From positions 4,950,001 through 4,982,000 of the forward strand of contig NC_008312.1 of the NCBI RefSeq assembly GCF_000014265.1: a stretch of 32,000 nucleotides of DNA, read 5' to 3'. This document shows, one piece after another, positions 8,128 to 17,251 of the stretch; the stretch's first letter is position 1, and each line of letters begins with the position of its first letter. Source of the DNA: Trichodesmium erythraeum IMS101 (GTDB lineage: Bacteria; Cyanobacteriota; Cyanobacteriia; Cyanobacteriales; Microcoleaceae). The notes below the pieces were generated by a model. The model did not search any database. It was not told where the DNA came from and saw nothing but the letters and a program-made list of their open reading frames with translations. A program made the translations under genes and the position numbers.

Positions 8128-10995
8128 TTAGTTATTGGTTAAATTTTCCAAATCTTCCAAAATTTTAGCAGAAGTTTTATTCATAGTAGGAAAGCTATTT
8201 CTCAAGTAATCAAAAAAACTTTTTTTGACGATGGTTAATCTTCCCAGTAATTCCTTAGCTTCTTCACCTAGTTCAATTCTCAGTATTAAAGTTAATTCAT
8301 CCTCAAAAAACGGCAACGATTTGAAAGGAATTACACTTTGAAAAGCGTTGTATTGGCGCTGAAATTTTGGATAACATTTGTTAATATCTAAGCGGTTTGT
8401 ATTTACATATATTTCTTCAATTAATCTATCTTCACAAGTTACTTTTATTATTAAATTATCTTTGTAATTTTTAGCTACTATCCAACCTTGAAAAGCAATT
8501 GAATCCATCAACTCACTAAACTGCTTAGGCCATTCTAGATTCCAAATAATAGTTTCAGGATGAAAAATTTCTAACGAATCAAGCCAAACTTTTTCCCGAT
8601 CTCCTATTAAAGCTGTTAGTTCATTTAGAGCGGGATTTTCAGAAGCAATTTTCTTAGCTAAATCTAACAGACAGCCATCGAGTTCCTCAAAATTGTCAAT
8701 AGGAGAGTAACTTAACAAATCAAGGGCTGTTTGTATACTGTGCTGACCTAGTAAAACTCTTTGGGTTGCCTCAAGATATGCGCACCCATATTTTTTATCT
8801 GGCTCTAGGTATGCACCTTCTGCCCACTCATTCCAGGCGTTAATAAAAACAATATTTTCACTGTCGCCATAATTTTTTAAAGCTTTTTCAGTAGTTCCCC
8901 TCAACCAAAATTCATAATCCTCTGGTTCTGAATTTAACCAAACAGTAGCATTTTGTTGACGTCGTGCAGTATTGTCCCAGGAAGTCATCACAGAAAGAAA
9001 AACTTGATAGTCTGGGAGCTTTTCTTGTATTGTATTGATTGCTGTCTGCTTATAGTCATAAACAAAACCAGAAAAGCTGTTATTACCTACCAACTGGGAT
9101 GCAGAGAGAGGAACAGCAGAAACACTATTTGGAGGAAACTGTACTCCTGAATCACAACCTAATGCAACAGGATTTTCTAAACCAAAGCCTAGTACCCCTG
9201 CAATATGTACCTCTCCAATACCACATTCTCGAAAAACTTGCCTCCAGATTGAAACAGCTTTTTTTGGTTTTGGTAAATGACCAATTCTGTAAATTAAAAC
9301 TAGGGGGCGGCCTTGAACGCAAATATATCGACGATCGCTTAAGTATGGAATCAAACTCTCAGCAAAATGCTTGTAACTCTCATCAGAGTAATCTTGAGCT
9401 ATTAAAATTTCTCGATCTAAACCATCCCATCTTCGAGTCCAGTTTTCATTAGCCCAACAGATGCAAAAGGGAAAATCGGGCTTTTTGTTATTAAGCATAT
9501 CGTCTAAAGGACGCTCTAACAAACGCTTGCCATTAAACCAATAGTAGTAGTAGCAAAAGCCATATATCCCGTATTTCCTAGCTAGCTTTGCCTGAGCTTC
9601 TCTCACCTCCCCTAAACGTAAATCATAGAAACCTAAATCTGCTGGTAAACGAGGTTGATAGTGTCCTTCAAACAAAGGTTGAGCTTTAGTCACATTAGTC
9701 CATTCTGTAAAACCTTTACCCCACCACTTATCATTTTCTCGTATTGGGTGGTACTGCGGAAGATAAAAGGCAATCAGACGAACTTCTGGATTTTGATTAT
9801 TTGCTGTCAAATCCGATCCAGCTTTGGAAATGTTTTTGGCTTGCATCTCATCTTTCTGAATCTCCTTTTGCTGCCAGTGTATTGCTTTTCGTTGGGATGT
9901 TTGAGCACATAACAGTTGTTCAAGTCTAAACTTAGTCTCAGACAAACCAGGTTCAATCTCTAACGCTCTCCGATAAACCTCAACCGCCTCATCCCTCTCT
10001 CCCAACTCCCCCAAAACATCCCCCAAATGCTGCCGAACCACAGCAGACCCGGGATGCAACTCCGCCGCCTTCCGCAACTCAATCTCCGCCTCACCCCATC
10101 TACCCAACCGCATCAAAGCATACCCCAACTGATGCCTAACAACAGCCGACTTCTGATTAACCTCCAACACCAACCGATACTGAACAACAGCCTCCTCCCA
10201 CCGGCCCAACTGCCCCAAAGCAAAACCCAAATGATGCCTCACCTCAGCCCCCGCAAAACCCAAGCCAACTGCTCGCTCATACTCAACAACAGCCTCCTCC
10301 CACCGTTCCAACTGCCCCAACGCTTTACCCAAACCAAGCCATAGCTCACCATGCTCCTCAAACAGAACTGCCCCCTGACGATATAACTCCACCGCCTCCG
10401 ACCATCGTCCCAACTTACCCAAAGCCCCTGCCCAACCCAGATAACACTCAACCCTACCCGGATTAACCTTCCCACTCCGGCCATAAAAATCCACCGCCTC
10501 TGACCATTGTCCAAGGCCCGACTTAGCCTCTGCCAAATAAAAATCAGCCTCTGCCTGTAGGAACCTCTGATTTAATATCCCTTCCTTTCCTTCCCACATC
10601 CCCACAGCCTGATGAATACAGTCTACCGCCTCTGACCATTGTCCTAACTTCACTAACCCACTTCCTAAACCCAGATGAAACTCAGGCACATCCTTTTTCA
10701 ACTCGACCGCTTGACGTAAATAACCTACCCCTTCCTGAAACTTACCTTGCTGCCCCAATACTACCCCCAACTTGTAGAGGTACCATGCAGATTCCGGACT
10801 CTTGGCCACAGCCTGACGAAAAGCAGCGATCGCCTCATCTATCCGCCCCAATTTCTCGAAAGCATGGCCCATATTTTGATAGGACCAGGCAAACTGGGGA
10901 TTTAACTCAATGGCCTTTTCATAAGAAGCGATCGCCTCCTCTAATTTTCCCTCCCGTAAAAGTTTATTTCCTATAGCAAAAGCAGTAAGAGTCAT
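8128..10995 (-). CDS. TPR-repeat protein (about 10 TPR units) fused to a WbsX-type/GH99-like glycan-processing domain and a C-terminal GW...RLDI...YP domain.
   Basis: The 955-codon ORF has an ATG start. TPR units repeat the motif LG(Q/R)W(S/E)EAV. The central block VRLIAFYLPQYHPIRENDKWWGKGFTEWTNVTKAQP...YGFCYYYYWF...FPFCICWANENWTRRWDG matches the recalled WbsX/GH99-like family signature. The C-terminus (FQGWIVAK...NRLDINKCYP...LLGRL) resembles the C-terminus of the 1721-3925 product. Confidence 0.88.
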   Translation of the reverse strand: MTLTAFAIGNKLLREGKLEEAIASYEKAIELNPQFAWSYQNMGHAFEKLGRIDEAIAAFRQAVAKSPESAWYLYKLGVVLGQQGKFQEGVGYLRQAVELKKDVPEFHLGLGSGLVKLGQWSEAVDCIHQAVGMWEGKEGILNQRFLQAEADFYLAEAKSGLGQWSEAVDFYGRSGKVNPGRVECYLGWAGALGKLGRWSEAVELYRQGAVLFEEHGELWLGLGKALGQLERWEEAVVEYERAVGLGFAGAEVRHHLGFALGQLGRWEEAVVQYRLVLEVNQKSAVVRHQLGYALMRLGRWGEAEIELRKAAELHPGSAVVRQHLGDVLGELGERDEAVEVYRRALEIEPGLSETKFRLEQLLCAQTSQRKAIHWQQKEIQKDEMQAKNISKAGSDLTANNQNPEVRLIAFYLPQYHPIRENDKWWGKGFTEWTNVTKAQPLFEGHYQPRLPADLGFYDLRLGEVREAQAKLARKYGIYGFCYYYYWFNGKRLLERPLDDMLNNKKPDFPFCICWANENWTRRWDGLDREILIAQDYSDESYKHFAESLIPYLSDRRYICVQGRPLVLIYRIGHLPKPKKAVSIWRQVFRECGIGEVHIAGVLGFGLENPVALGCDSGVQFPPNSVSAVPLSASQLVGNNSFSGFVYDYKQTAINTIQEKLPDYQVFLSVMTSWDNTARRQQNATVWLNSEPEDYEFWLRGTTEKALKNYGDSENIVFINAWNEWAEGAYLEPDKKYGCAYLEATQRVLLGQHSIQTALDLLSYSPIDNFEELDGCLLDLAKKIASENPALNELTALIGDREKVWLDSLEIFHPETIIWNLEWPKQFSELMDSIAFQGWIVAKNYKDNLIIKVTCEDRLIEEIYVNTNRLDINKCYPKFQRQYNAFQSVIPFKSLPFFEDELTLILRIELGEEAKELLGRLTIVKKSFFDYLRNSFPTMNKTSAKILEDLENLTNN

Positions 10996-11097
10996 ATGAT
11001 TTTTCGGTTTTGATTTATCAATATAGTATTTAAAGACTTAGCCCTTATAAGTCCATCAGGAAAGTATTGGTTTGAGATTACTATCTTGACAGACATA

Positions 11098-11180
11098 AGA
11101 ATTAAAATTCAAAATTAAGTCAAAAGTCAAAGGTAAGAAGTAATAATCTAAAAGATAAGAATTTAAAAGTTAAAAGTCAA
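11098..11180. repeat. A-rich low-complexity block, copy A of a degenerate ~83-nt direct repeat. It contains the AGTCAAAAGT motif.
   Basis: The sequence agaattaaaattcaaaattaagtcaaaagtcaaagg...aatttaaaagttaaaagtcaa aligns by eye with 11416-11498. The composition is strongly biased, so the similarity is partly compositional. Confidence 0.4.
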
Positions 11181-11415
11181 CCCTCCCCTTTATCTCCCTA
11201 ACGGTAAAAGTCACCCATTAATAATAAAGTTATAGTGGTCAATAGAAATCAACGATTTAGTTAAGTATTTATACTTATTTTTAGATATTTTTCTTAACAT
11301 CGGCGATGTTTAGCTACTTAGGATATTATACTCATTCCAAGTACTTATCTCTATGTATTTTACTTAGACTTACTAACAACCTATTTGTTCCCTTTGAGGA
11401 CAAACTAGCAGAACC

Positions 11416-11498
11416 AGAAATTAAAATTAAGTCAAAAATCAAAAATTAAAACTAATAAATTAAAACTAATAAGTAAGAAATTAAAAGTTAAAAATTAA
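11416..11498. repeat. A-rich low-complexity block, copy B. It contains a tandem 14-mer, attaaaactaataa, present twice.
   Basis: The sequence agaaattaaaattaagtcaaaaatcaaaaattaaaactaataaattaaaactaataag...aaattaaaagttaaaaattaa shares its start, middle and end words with copy A. Confidence 0.4.
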
Positions 11499-12812
11499 TA
11501 GATTTATAGCTAATTTTTTGGGTGAGCATAAATATCTTGACTCAACAAAAAAAAGGAATTAATTTTTCCGAAAAAAACCGAATATTAATTTGATTATTTT
11601 AGAAAAATTTTCGTACTAGCATCCTGATATTTATAGTTATTTTTAATTACATAATAGAGATAGTTTTTAAACTACAATCTAGGGGAAATCATAAAAAAGT
11701 AGCTTTTTTTTTGCTTTAGAACTAGCTCTAGAAATTAAACCTTTGAAGTTGCCTTTTTTTATCCATATATAGGAACTAATTAAAGCTATATATTCCAATA
11801 AATCTGCTTATACTCCTGAAGTAATAGTATTAGATGATAATGCTATACAAAATTAGCACAAGAAAAAGCTATCCACTATTACTAAAGTACAAGCATTAAA
11901 TTAGTAGTATAAATAGTAAGTAACAATTGGCAAGATGATTATTTCAAGAAGCTGGGAGAATCTGAAAAATTAGGTATAAACTAATATTTAGATAGTTGAT
12001 TTTTTAGGTTTCGGAGGAAAGCGTTATATTAGAGAACCTAAACAAATAACTACCTCCGTTTTCCATTTAGTTGAAGGTGAATATACACTAAATTTATTGA
12101 GAGATAAAACTGTAGTCAGTTTGCCTACTTTTCCCCAACTCCATTAGAGAAGACTTTACAGTTAAATAAAAATTAATTTTACTGATTTAAACTTATACAA
12201 TTATCTAAGAATTGCATAGCTTTAGGACAATAACTTAACTATTTAAATAGAATAAACTTGATAACTATAAAGCAAAATACCAATCAAAAAAAAGTTATTG
12301 CTAATTCAAGCACTTGAAAGCAGTTTTCATTTACCTAGATTGAATTAGAGACTTTCCATAGAACATTACCTAAAAAAAATTAATCTTCAGCTTAACAATC
12401 TTAATTTTGTACCGAGATAACTAACTACATGATATATAAAAAAACTGCTAAAAACTACAATCATAATTGACCTTATTAAATAAAAGGCTGAGTCTAAAAT
12501 CCCTACCTTCAGGACAGCTTTTCTTAAACTCATGTCTACTCTAACTGAGAAAATAGTGTCAAATTAACATCATAGCAATTATTTATGTCGGAAAATGCTA
12601 GTTTACGAGTTTTAGCCTTTAGCTTAAACACAAAAATATCGAGCAATTTATGAAGCAGTTTGTATCGGATAGTTTCTCATAAATAAATTATTGAGATATT
12701 TAGCTTGACTCTAAAAAAGACGAAAATATTAATCGTTTTACCTTGAATAAAGATACAAAAGCATAATCAAATAACAAAGAAGAATTTTCTTTTCTATCCA
12801 AGCTCAATTCCA

Positions 12813-13391
12813 TTAAGAAAACTTTTTCAAATTTGTTACTAAATGGTCAAAATAAGGAACTAATTCTGCTTGTTGTTCAGAAGAAAAATTTTTCAAGCTA
12901 GCAGTTTTAATAGCTTCTAAACCACACACCATTGCTGATAGTGGCACAAGCAATTCTTGATAAAGTAAATTCATATAATGTAGCCCTTCTTGACTAGTAA
13001 ACTCTTTATTATTACCAGCAATTCCATAAGTAATACAACGTAAAAAATGCCAAAAATCTCGCCAACATGCTTCAGCTCGAGCCTGTGGATATAAATCCCC
13101 TCCTTCTGCCGTAATATTAGGATATGTTGCTAATACTTTTTCCCTCGCTTTATCAACAATTTTTGATGCTGAATCTTTGAGCAAACTAGCAGCTTCAATC
13201 GAAAAAATTGGTAATTTTGAACTATTTTTGAGTGAGTTTAAATCATTATCTGTGAGATAACGAGCTTCACCATCAGCTATTTGAAAAAGTTGAATTATTT
13301 CTGTTGGTAGAACTTTCTCCCAACTTTTAAAGCTAACTATTTTAGCTTTAGGAATTAATTGTTTTGCTCTTTCAGTTAATTCAATAGTCAT
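12813..13391 (-). CDS. Phycobiliprotein-fold (allophycocyanin-like, Apl-type) protein. It is monocistronic and stands alone.
   Basis: The 192-codon ORF has an ATG start. It aligns by eye to allophycocyanin alpha: ADGEARYLTDNDLNSLK versus ADAEARYLSPGELDRIK; GGDLYPQARAEACWRDFWHFLRCITYGIAG versus [31 protein letters not shown]; and a C-terminal PYFDHLV versus SYFDYLI. The bilin-attachment context C-x-R-D is retained. It has a ~35-aa N-terminal extension. Confidence 0.8.
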   Translation of the reverse strand: MTIELTERAKQLIPKAKIVSFKSWEKVLPTEIIQLFQIADGEARYLTDNDLNSLKNSSKLPIFSIEAASLLKDSASKIVDKAREKVLATYPNITAEGGDLYPQARAEACWRDFWHFLRCITYGIAGNNKEFTSQEGLHYMNLLYQELLVPLSAMVCGLEAIKTASLKNFSSEQQAELVPYFDHLVTNLKKFS

Positions 13392-13942
13392 TTCAGTAAT
13401 CAGTTTTCAGTTTTTTGGTTACTCCACTGGGTAGTTTATATTTTTGATGTTACTGATACTATGAGTCCTAGAAATTGTTAATAATACACAGGAATATAAA
13501 CTGGCTTGGGAGGTATCTCTCAATATCTACAAAAAAAACCTGTATACACTTTTAAACAATAGACTAAAAATAGACTTGCCTTGGTTATTCCCGTTCACAG
13601 AAGTTTCAATTACTTGACCATGCTCGAATGATAACTGATCAGGAATTCCATGAGGCAGTGATCTGTTTTTTACTGTTTTGACACCACAAACTACTCTGTT
13701 TGTCGGATTTTACCATAATCTATATCAATTGATAATTATAATTATATGAATGTATACAAACTTACATGAATAAATATTAGTAAATAAACAATAGTTAACT
13801 AACCTTTACAGCAGTTTTAATATCTGTAAACCACAGTAGAGAAGTGGTATGTAATGTCCCTATATGCAAAGTCCCTAGAAGGTTGTGGTTATGGGGATAT
13901 AATTCATCAATTTGACATGCGCTGTAATACTCAGAAATTTTG

Positions 13943-13982
13943 CATAAAAAATAGTAGAGGTATAATATTAAATACCCCTACT
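13943..13982 (-). terminator. Rho-independent terminator downstream of ndhD.
   Basis: On the minus strand the sequence is AGTAGGGGTAT-ttaatatt-ATACCTCTACT, an 11-bp stem with one mismatch and an 8-nt loop. It is followed immediately by ATTTTTTAT and starts about 34 nt after the ndhD stop. Confidence 0.7.
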
Positions 13983-14015
13983 GCATATCACTATATTAAA
14001 GCTCAAAGTTAATTC

Positions 14016-15701
14016 CTATCTTAATAGACCAGAAACAGATAATACTTCAGACTCAGGAATTCTGGGAAATAAAAATCCTTTAGCAAACAGTTGAGGATCA
14101 GCTTTAGCAAAAGTGTATGATTGACGTACTTGAGTGTTTACTGCAACTATCTTTGCATCATACATTCTAGTTGCTATTTTAGGATATAAACCAATTCCGA
14201 TAATTAAAACTAAGAAACAAGCAGCGATCGCTACTTCCCTTGGTTTGGCATCAGTATAAACAGCTTTTGCAGGTAAAACACAGTTAGTACCAAAACAAAT
14301 TGCTTCATCCAACACTTCATTTTCATAAGGAGTATTCTTGAGCAAACAAACTGGCGCTTTACCAGTGCTGTAGAACATTTGACGCAACATAGAAAGCAAA
14401 TATATAGGAGTCAATATCAGACCAACTGCTGCTAAGAATACTGTCACAGTACAAAAAGTAGAGCTGTAAATATCGCTGCTAGTTACTCCCACAAATACCA
14501 TTAACTCACTCGCAAAACCACTCATTCCAGGGAGAGCTAAAGATGCCATTGCACTTATTGTAAATAGAGCAAATATTTTTGGCATCACTTGACCAAGACC
14601 ACCCATTTCATCTAATGCCAAAGTGTGGAGGCGGTCATAAGTTACACCTGCCAGGAAGAACAAGACTGCAGCAATTAAACCATGAGAAATCATCTGTAGC
14701 AAAGCTCCACTTATTCCCAAGTCAGTGAATGAGGCAATACCCAACAACACAAAACCCATGTGAGCAACGGAAGAGTAGGCCAAACGGCGTTTCATGTTAG
14801 ATTGACCAAAAGAATTTAAGCCACCATAAACAATATTAACCACGCCCAAAATTGCTAGAACAGGAGCAAAATAAACATGGGCATCAGAAAGCATTTCTAA
14901 GTTCAGACGAATTAATCCATATCCGCCCATTTTTAATAATACACCAGCAAGTATCATTGATACAGGTGCAGAAGCTTCTCCATGAGCATCAGGTAGCCAT
15001 GTATGTAGAGGGAAAACCGCTAACTTGACACCAAAAGTTATAAGTAATCCTAAATATAGCAGAAGTTCAAAAGCTAGTGGATAATCTTTTAGGCCTAATT
15101 CCACCATATCAAAGGTAGTATTGCCTTCACCGTAGAGGGCCATTCCCAAGGCTGCCACTAGAATAAATATAGAAGCCGCTGCTGTGTAGAGCAAGAATTT
15201 TGTTGCTGCGTAGCGACGTTTTTTACCTCCCCATATTGAGATGAGTAGGTATACAGGAACTAATTCTAGTTCCCACATAATGAAGAGTAGCATTAGGTCT
15301 TGAGCAACAAATACTCCTATCTGGGCAGAGTACAGAACCAGCATCAAGAAATAGAAAAGACGTGGTTTGTAGTCTACTTGCCACGCTGCGAATATTGAGA
15401 GTGTTGTCACTAAACCAGCTAAAAGTACTAGTGGCATAGATAGACCATCTACTGATACTGCCCAACTTAAACCTATTTGAGGAAGCCAAAGATATTTTTC
15501 TACCAGTTGAAAGCCAGAGTCACTAGCATTGTAGTACTTCCAGAAAACGTAGCACATTAAGGCAAAGTCTATAGCACCTACACCAAGACCATACCATCTC
15601 ATAGTTTTTCCGTTTTGATCAGGTATGAATGGAATGAGTAGAGCTGCCAGAAGTGGCAGTAGGACTATAGTGGTCAGCCAGGGAAATTGAGTCTCCATCA
15701 T
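14016..15701 (-). CDS. ndhD: NAD(P)H-quinone oxidoreductase (NDH-1) subunit 4, NdhD, of the D1/D2 type.
   Basis: The N-terminus [23 protein letters not shown], the blocks [34 protein letters not shown] and [30 protein letters not shown], and the many TM helices are typical of NdhD/NuoM. The ORF track starts at a GTG at 15713 (MLTVMMETQ). The ATG at 15701 (MMETQFPWL) seems the likelier start, but this is uncertain. Confidence 0.93.
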   Translation of the reverse strand: MMETQFPWLTTIVLLPLLAALLIPFIPDQNGKTMRWYGLGVGAIDFALMCYVFWKYYNASDSGFQLVEKYLWLPQIGLSWAVSVDGLSMPLVLLAGLVTTLSIFAAWQVDYKPRLFYFLMLVLYSAQIGVFVAQDLMLLFIMWELELVPVYLLISIWGGKKRRYAATKFLLYTAAASIFILVAALGMALYGEGNTTFDMVELGLKDYPLAFELLLYLGLLITFGVKLAVFPLHTWLPDAHGEASAPVSMILAGVLLKMGGYGLIRLNLEMLSDAHVYFAPVLAILGVVNIVYGGLNSFGQSNMKRRLAYSSVAHMGFVLLGIASFTDLGISGALLQMISHGLIAAVLFFLAGVTYDRLHTLALDEMGGLGQVMPKIFALFTISAMASLALPGMSGFASELMVFVGVTSSDIYSSTFCTVTVFLAAVGLILTPIYLLSMLRQMFYSTGKAPVCLLKNTPYENEVLDEAICFGTNCVLPAKAVYTDAKPREVAIAACFLVLIIGIGLYPKIATRMYDAKIVAVNTQVRQSYTFAKADPQLFAKGFLFPRIPESEVLSVSGLLR

Positions 15702-16173
15702 AACAGTGAGCACAAATACTTACTTATATTTTTTTTTATACTACTGCATATTACTAAATTTTGTAAATCTTTGTAAATAGATATTTGCATAAATATATAT
15801 ACTTGTTTTTATTTAAAACATAGTCTTAACTTATTAATAGTTATTGAGAATATTAAAATAATAATAATTTGAAAACTAAAAATCAAAACACAAACCCTTT
15901 GAAAGTTACTGACTGACTATTGGTACTTCCAAATATTTTAAGTTTTAGGAGGTTTGGTGCTAAAAAGCAAAGATAGAAAATGATTGAAGTCAAAAGTTAA
16001 ACGGGAAAAAACCGAGCTGAAATCAATGAATTTGGTAGTAAGATGTAATCAATTTGTCAAAACATATTTCAGGTTTATGAGGTAAGCCTACCCGGGTAAG
16101 ATCCTTGCACTACATGATTTTTTTCTACAGCCTTACATCAATTTGCCCGAAATTAGCTGTAATTTTTCAACCC

Positions 16174-16208
16174 TTAACCTAAAACCTAACACCTAAAACC
16201 TAACACCT
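16174..16208. repeat. Short tandem repeat, about 2.5 copies of a 14-mer (ctaaaacctaacac).
   Basis: The sequence is ttaac-ctaaaacctaacac-ctaaaacctaacac-ctgac, in the ndhD/rpmA intergenic region. Confidence 0.6.
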
Positions 16209-16249
16209 GACAAACTTTTTGAAGTGCAGAAGAATGTACAAGCCAGTAT

Positions 16250-16313
16250 AGAAACCGGGTTTCTATTAGATGTTCTACCATATTGACATCTATATCTTAT
16301 CAGCCCGGTTTCT
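16250..16313. repeat. Nested inverted repeat (stem within stem) downstream of rpmA.
   Basis: AGAAACCGGG (16250-16259) is the perfect reverse complement of CCCGGTTTCT (16304-16313). Inside, TAGATGT (16267-16273) pairs with ACATCTA (16286-16292). The left arm is itself part of the palindrome gaaaccgggtttc. Confidence 0.6.
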
Positions 16314-16376
16314 TTGGGTAAGTCCTAATTATGGTTAATCAATGCCAACTGGCATAAGCACAATTTCGGAAGTATG

Positions 16377-16664
16377 TCAAGCTTGATCCACAGCAACATT
16401 AGCTTCTTGAGCCAGAGGATAAACGCTAACTTTTTTCCGACTCTTACCTTTTCTTTCAAAAGTTACCATACCTTCAACTAAAGCGAATAAAGTATAGTCT
16501 TTACCGACACCAACATTATTACCAGCATGGAACTTACTACCACGTTGTCTGACAAGAATATTACCTGCTTTGACAACTTGACCGCCATAGCGTTTAACAC
16601 CTAATCTTTGGGAATTAGAGTCGCGACCATTACGAGTACTACCAGTACCTTTTTTATGAGCCAT
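16377..16664 (-). CDS. rpmA: 50S ribosomal protein L27.
   Basis: The sequence [52 protein letters not shown] is the canonical L27 sequence. It has an ATG start and lies downstream of rplU. Confidence 0.97.
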   Translation of the reverse strand: MAHKKGTGSTRNGRDSNSQRLGVKRYGGQVVKAGNILVRQRGSKFHAGNNVGVGKDYTLFALVEGMVTFERKGKSRKKVSVYPLAQEANVAVDQA

Positions 16665-16840
16665 AATTTCCTCTGAATTTTATTATCTATAATTGAGTAC
16701 TATACTTATTCTGTCTAATTTTCAAGTTTTTCTTCTGCTGTAGTCTCTGGAATTTGAGGTTCAACAGTTTCTACCTCTGCTGTAGTCTGCGAAACTTGAG
16801 TCTTGATAGTTTATTCAACTTCCGTGGGTTGAGTTGTACT

Positions 16841-17251
16841 TTAAGTAACTGTTTCAGTTGTTTCTGAAGTTACTTCCATAACAGAACTTTCAGGTTTTTC
16901 TACTAGAGATTTTTCTAAAGATGCTAATACTTTGCCATTCAGACTTATAGAATCAATCATTAGACGGGTAAGTTCTTGACGATGTCCCCTTTTTTTTCGG
17001 GTCTTCTTTTTCGGTCTCATTTTGTAGACAATAATTTTTTTGCCCCGCAAATGTTTCATAATAGTCCCTTCTATAAGAGCGCCTTCTACAAGGGGTTGAC
17101 CAATATGAACATCACCATCATTTTGAACTAGAAGTACATTATTGATAGAAATCCTATCTCCCTCTGATCCAGATAGAAGGTCGATATCATAAAAGCGACC
17201 TGCTTCTACCCTTAGTTGTTTTCCACCTGTTTCAATAATTGCGTAAGTCAT
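16841..17251 (-). CDS. rplU: 50S ribosomal protein L21, with a Thr/Glu/Ser-rich C-terminal tail.
   Basis: MTYAIIETGGKQLRVEAGRFYDID...KIIVYKMRPKKKTRKKRGHRQELTRLMIDSI is the canonical L21 core. The extra ~30-aa tail reads LEKSLVEKPESSVMEVTSETTETVT. Confidence 0.95.
   Translation of the reverse strand: MTYAIIETGGKQLRVEAGRFYDIDLLSGSEGDRISINNVLLVQNDGDVHIGQPLVEGALIEGTIMKHLRGKKIIVYKMRPKKKTRKKRGHRQELTRLMIDSISLNGKVLASLEKSLVEKPESSVMEVTSETTETVT

Noticed and set aside
8953-10976. Seven ORFs overlapping the TPR-WbsX gene (8953-9150, 9039-9452, 9655-9912, 9744-9929, 10027-10344, 10239-10514, 10785-10976).
   Set aside because: They are shadow ORFs. Those at 10.0-10.5 kb are produced by the GC-rich, stop-poor repetitive TPR-coding DNA, and their Pro/Gln/Leu or Gly/Arg/Trp-rich products are not protein-like.
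11098-11498. Possible CRISPR array or other regular repeat-spacer structure in the A-rich blocks.
   Set aside because: There are only two degenerate copies, with no constant repeat length, no regular spacing and no cas genes. The similarity is largely compositional.
15223-15489. An 88-codon ORF in an alternate frame inside ndhD.
   Set aside because: It is entirely nested within the strongly supported ndhD reading frame.
16342-16355. The ATGCCAactTGGCAT-type hairpin considered as an rpmA terminator.
   Set aside because: It has a 6-bp stem with a 2-nt loop and no following U-run on the minus strand, which is too weak.
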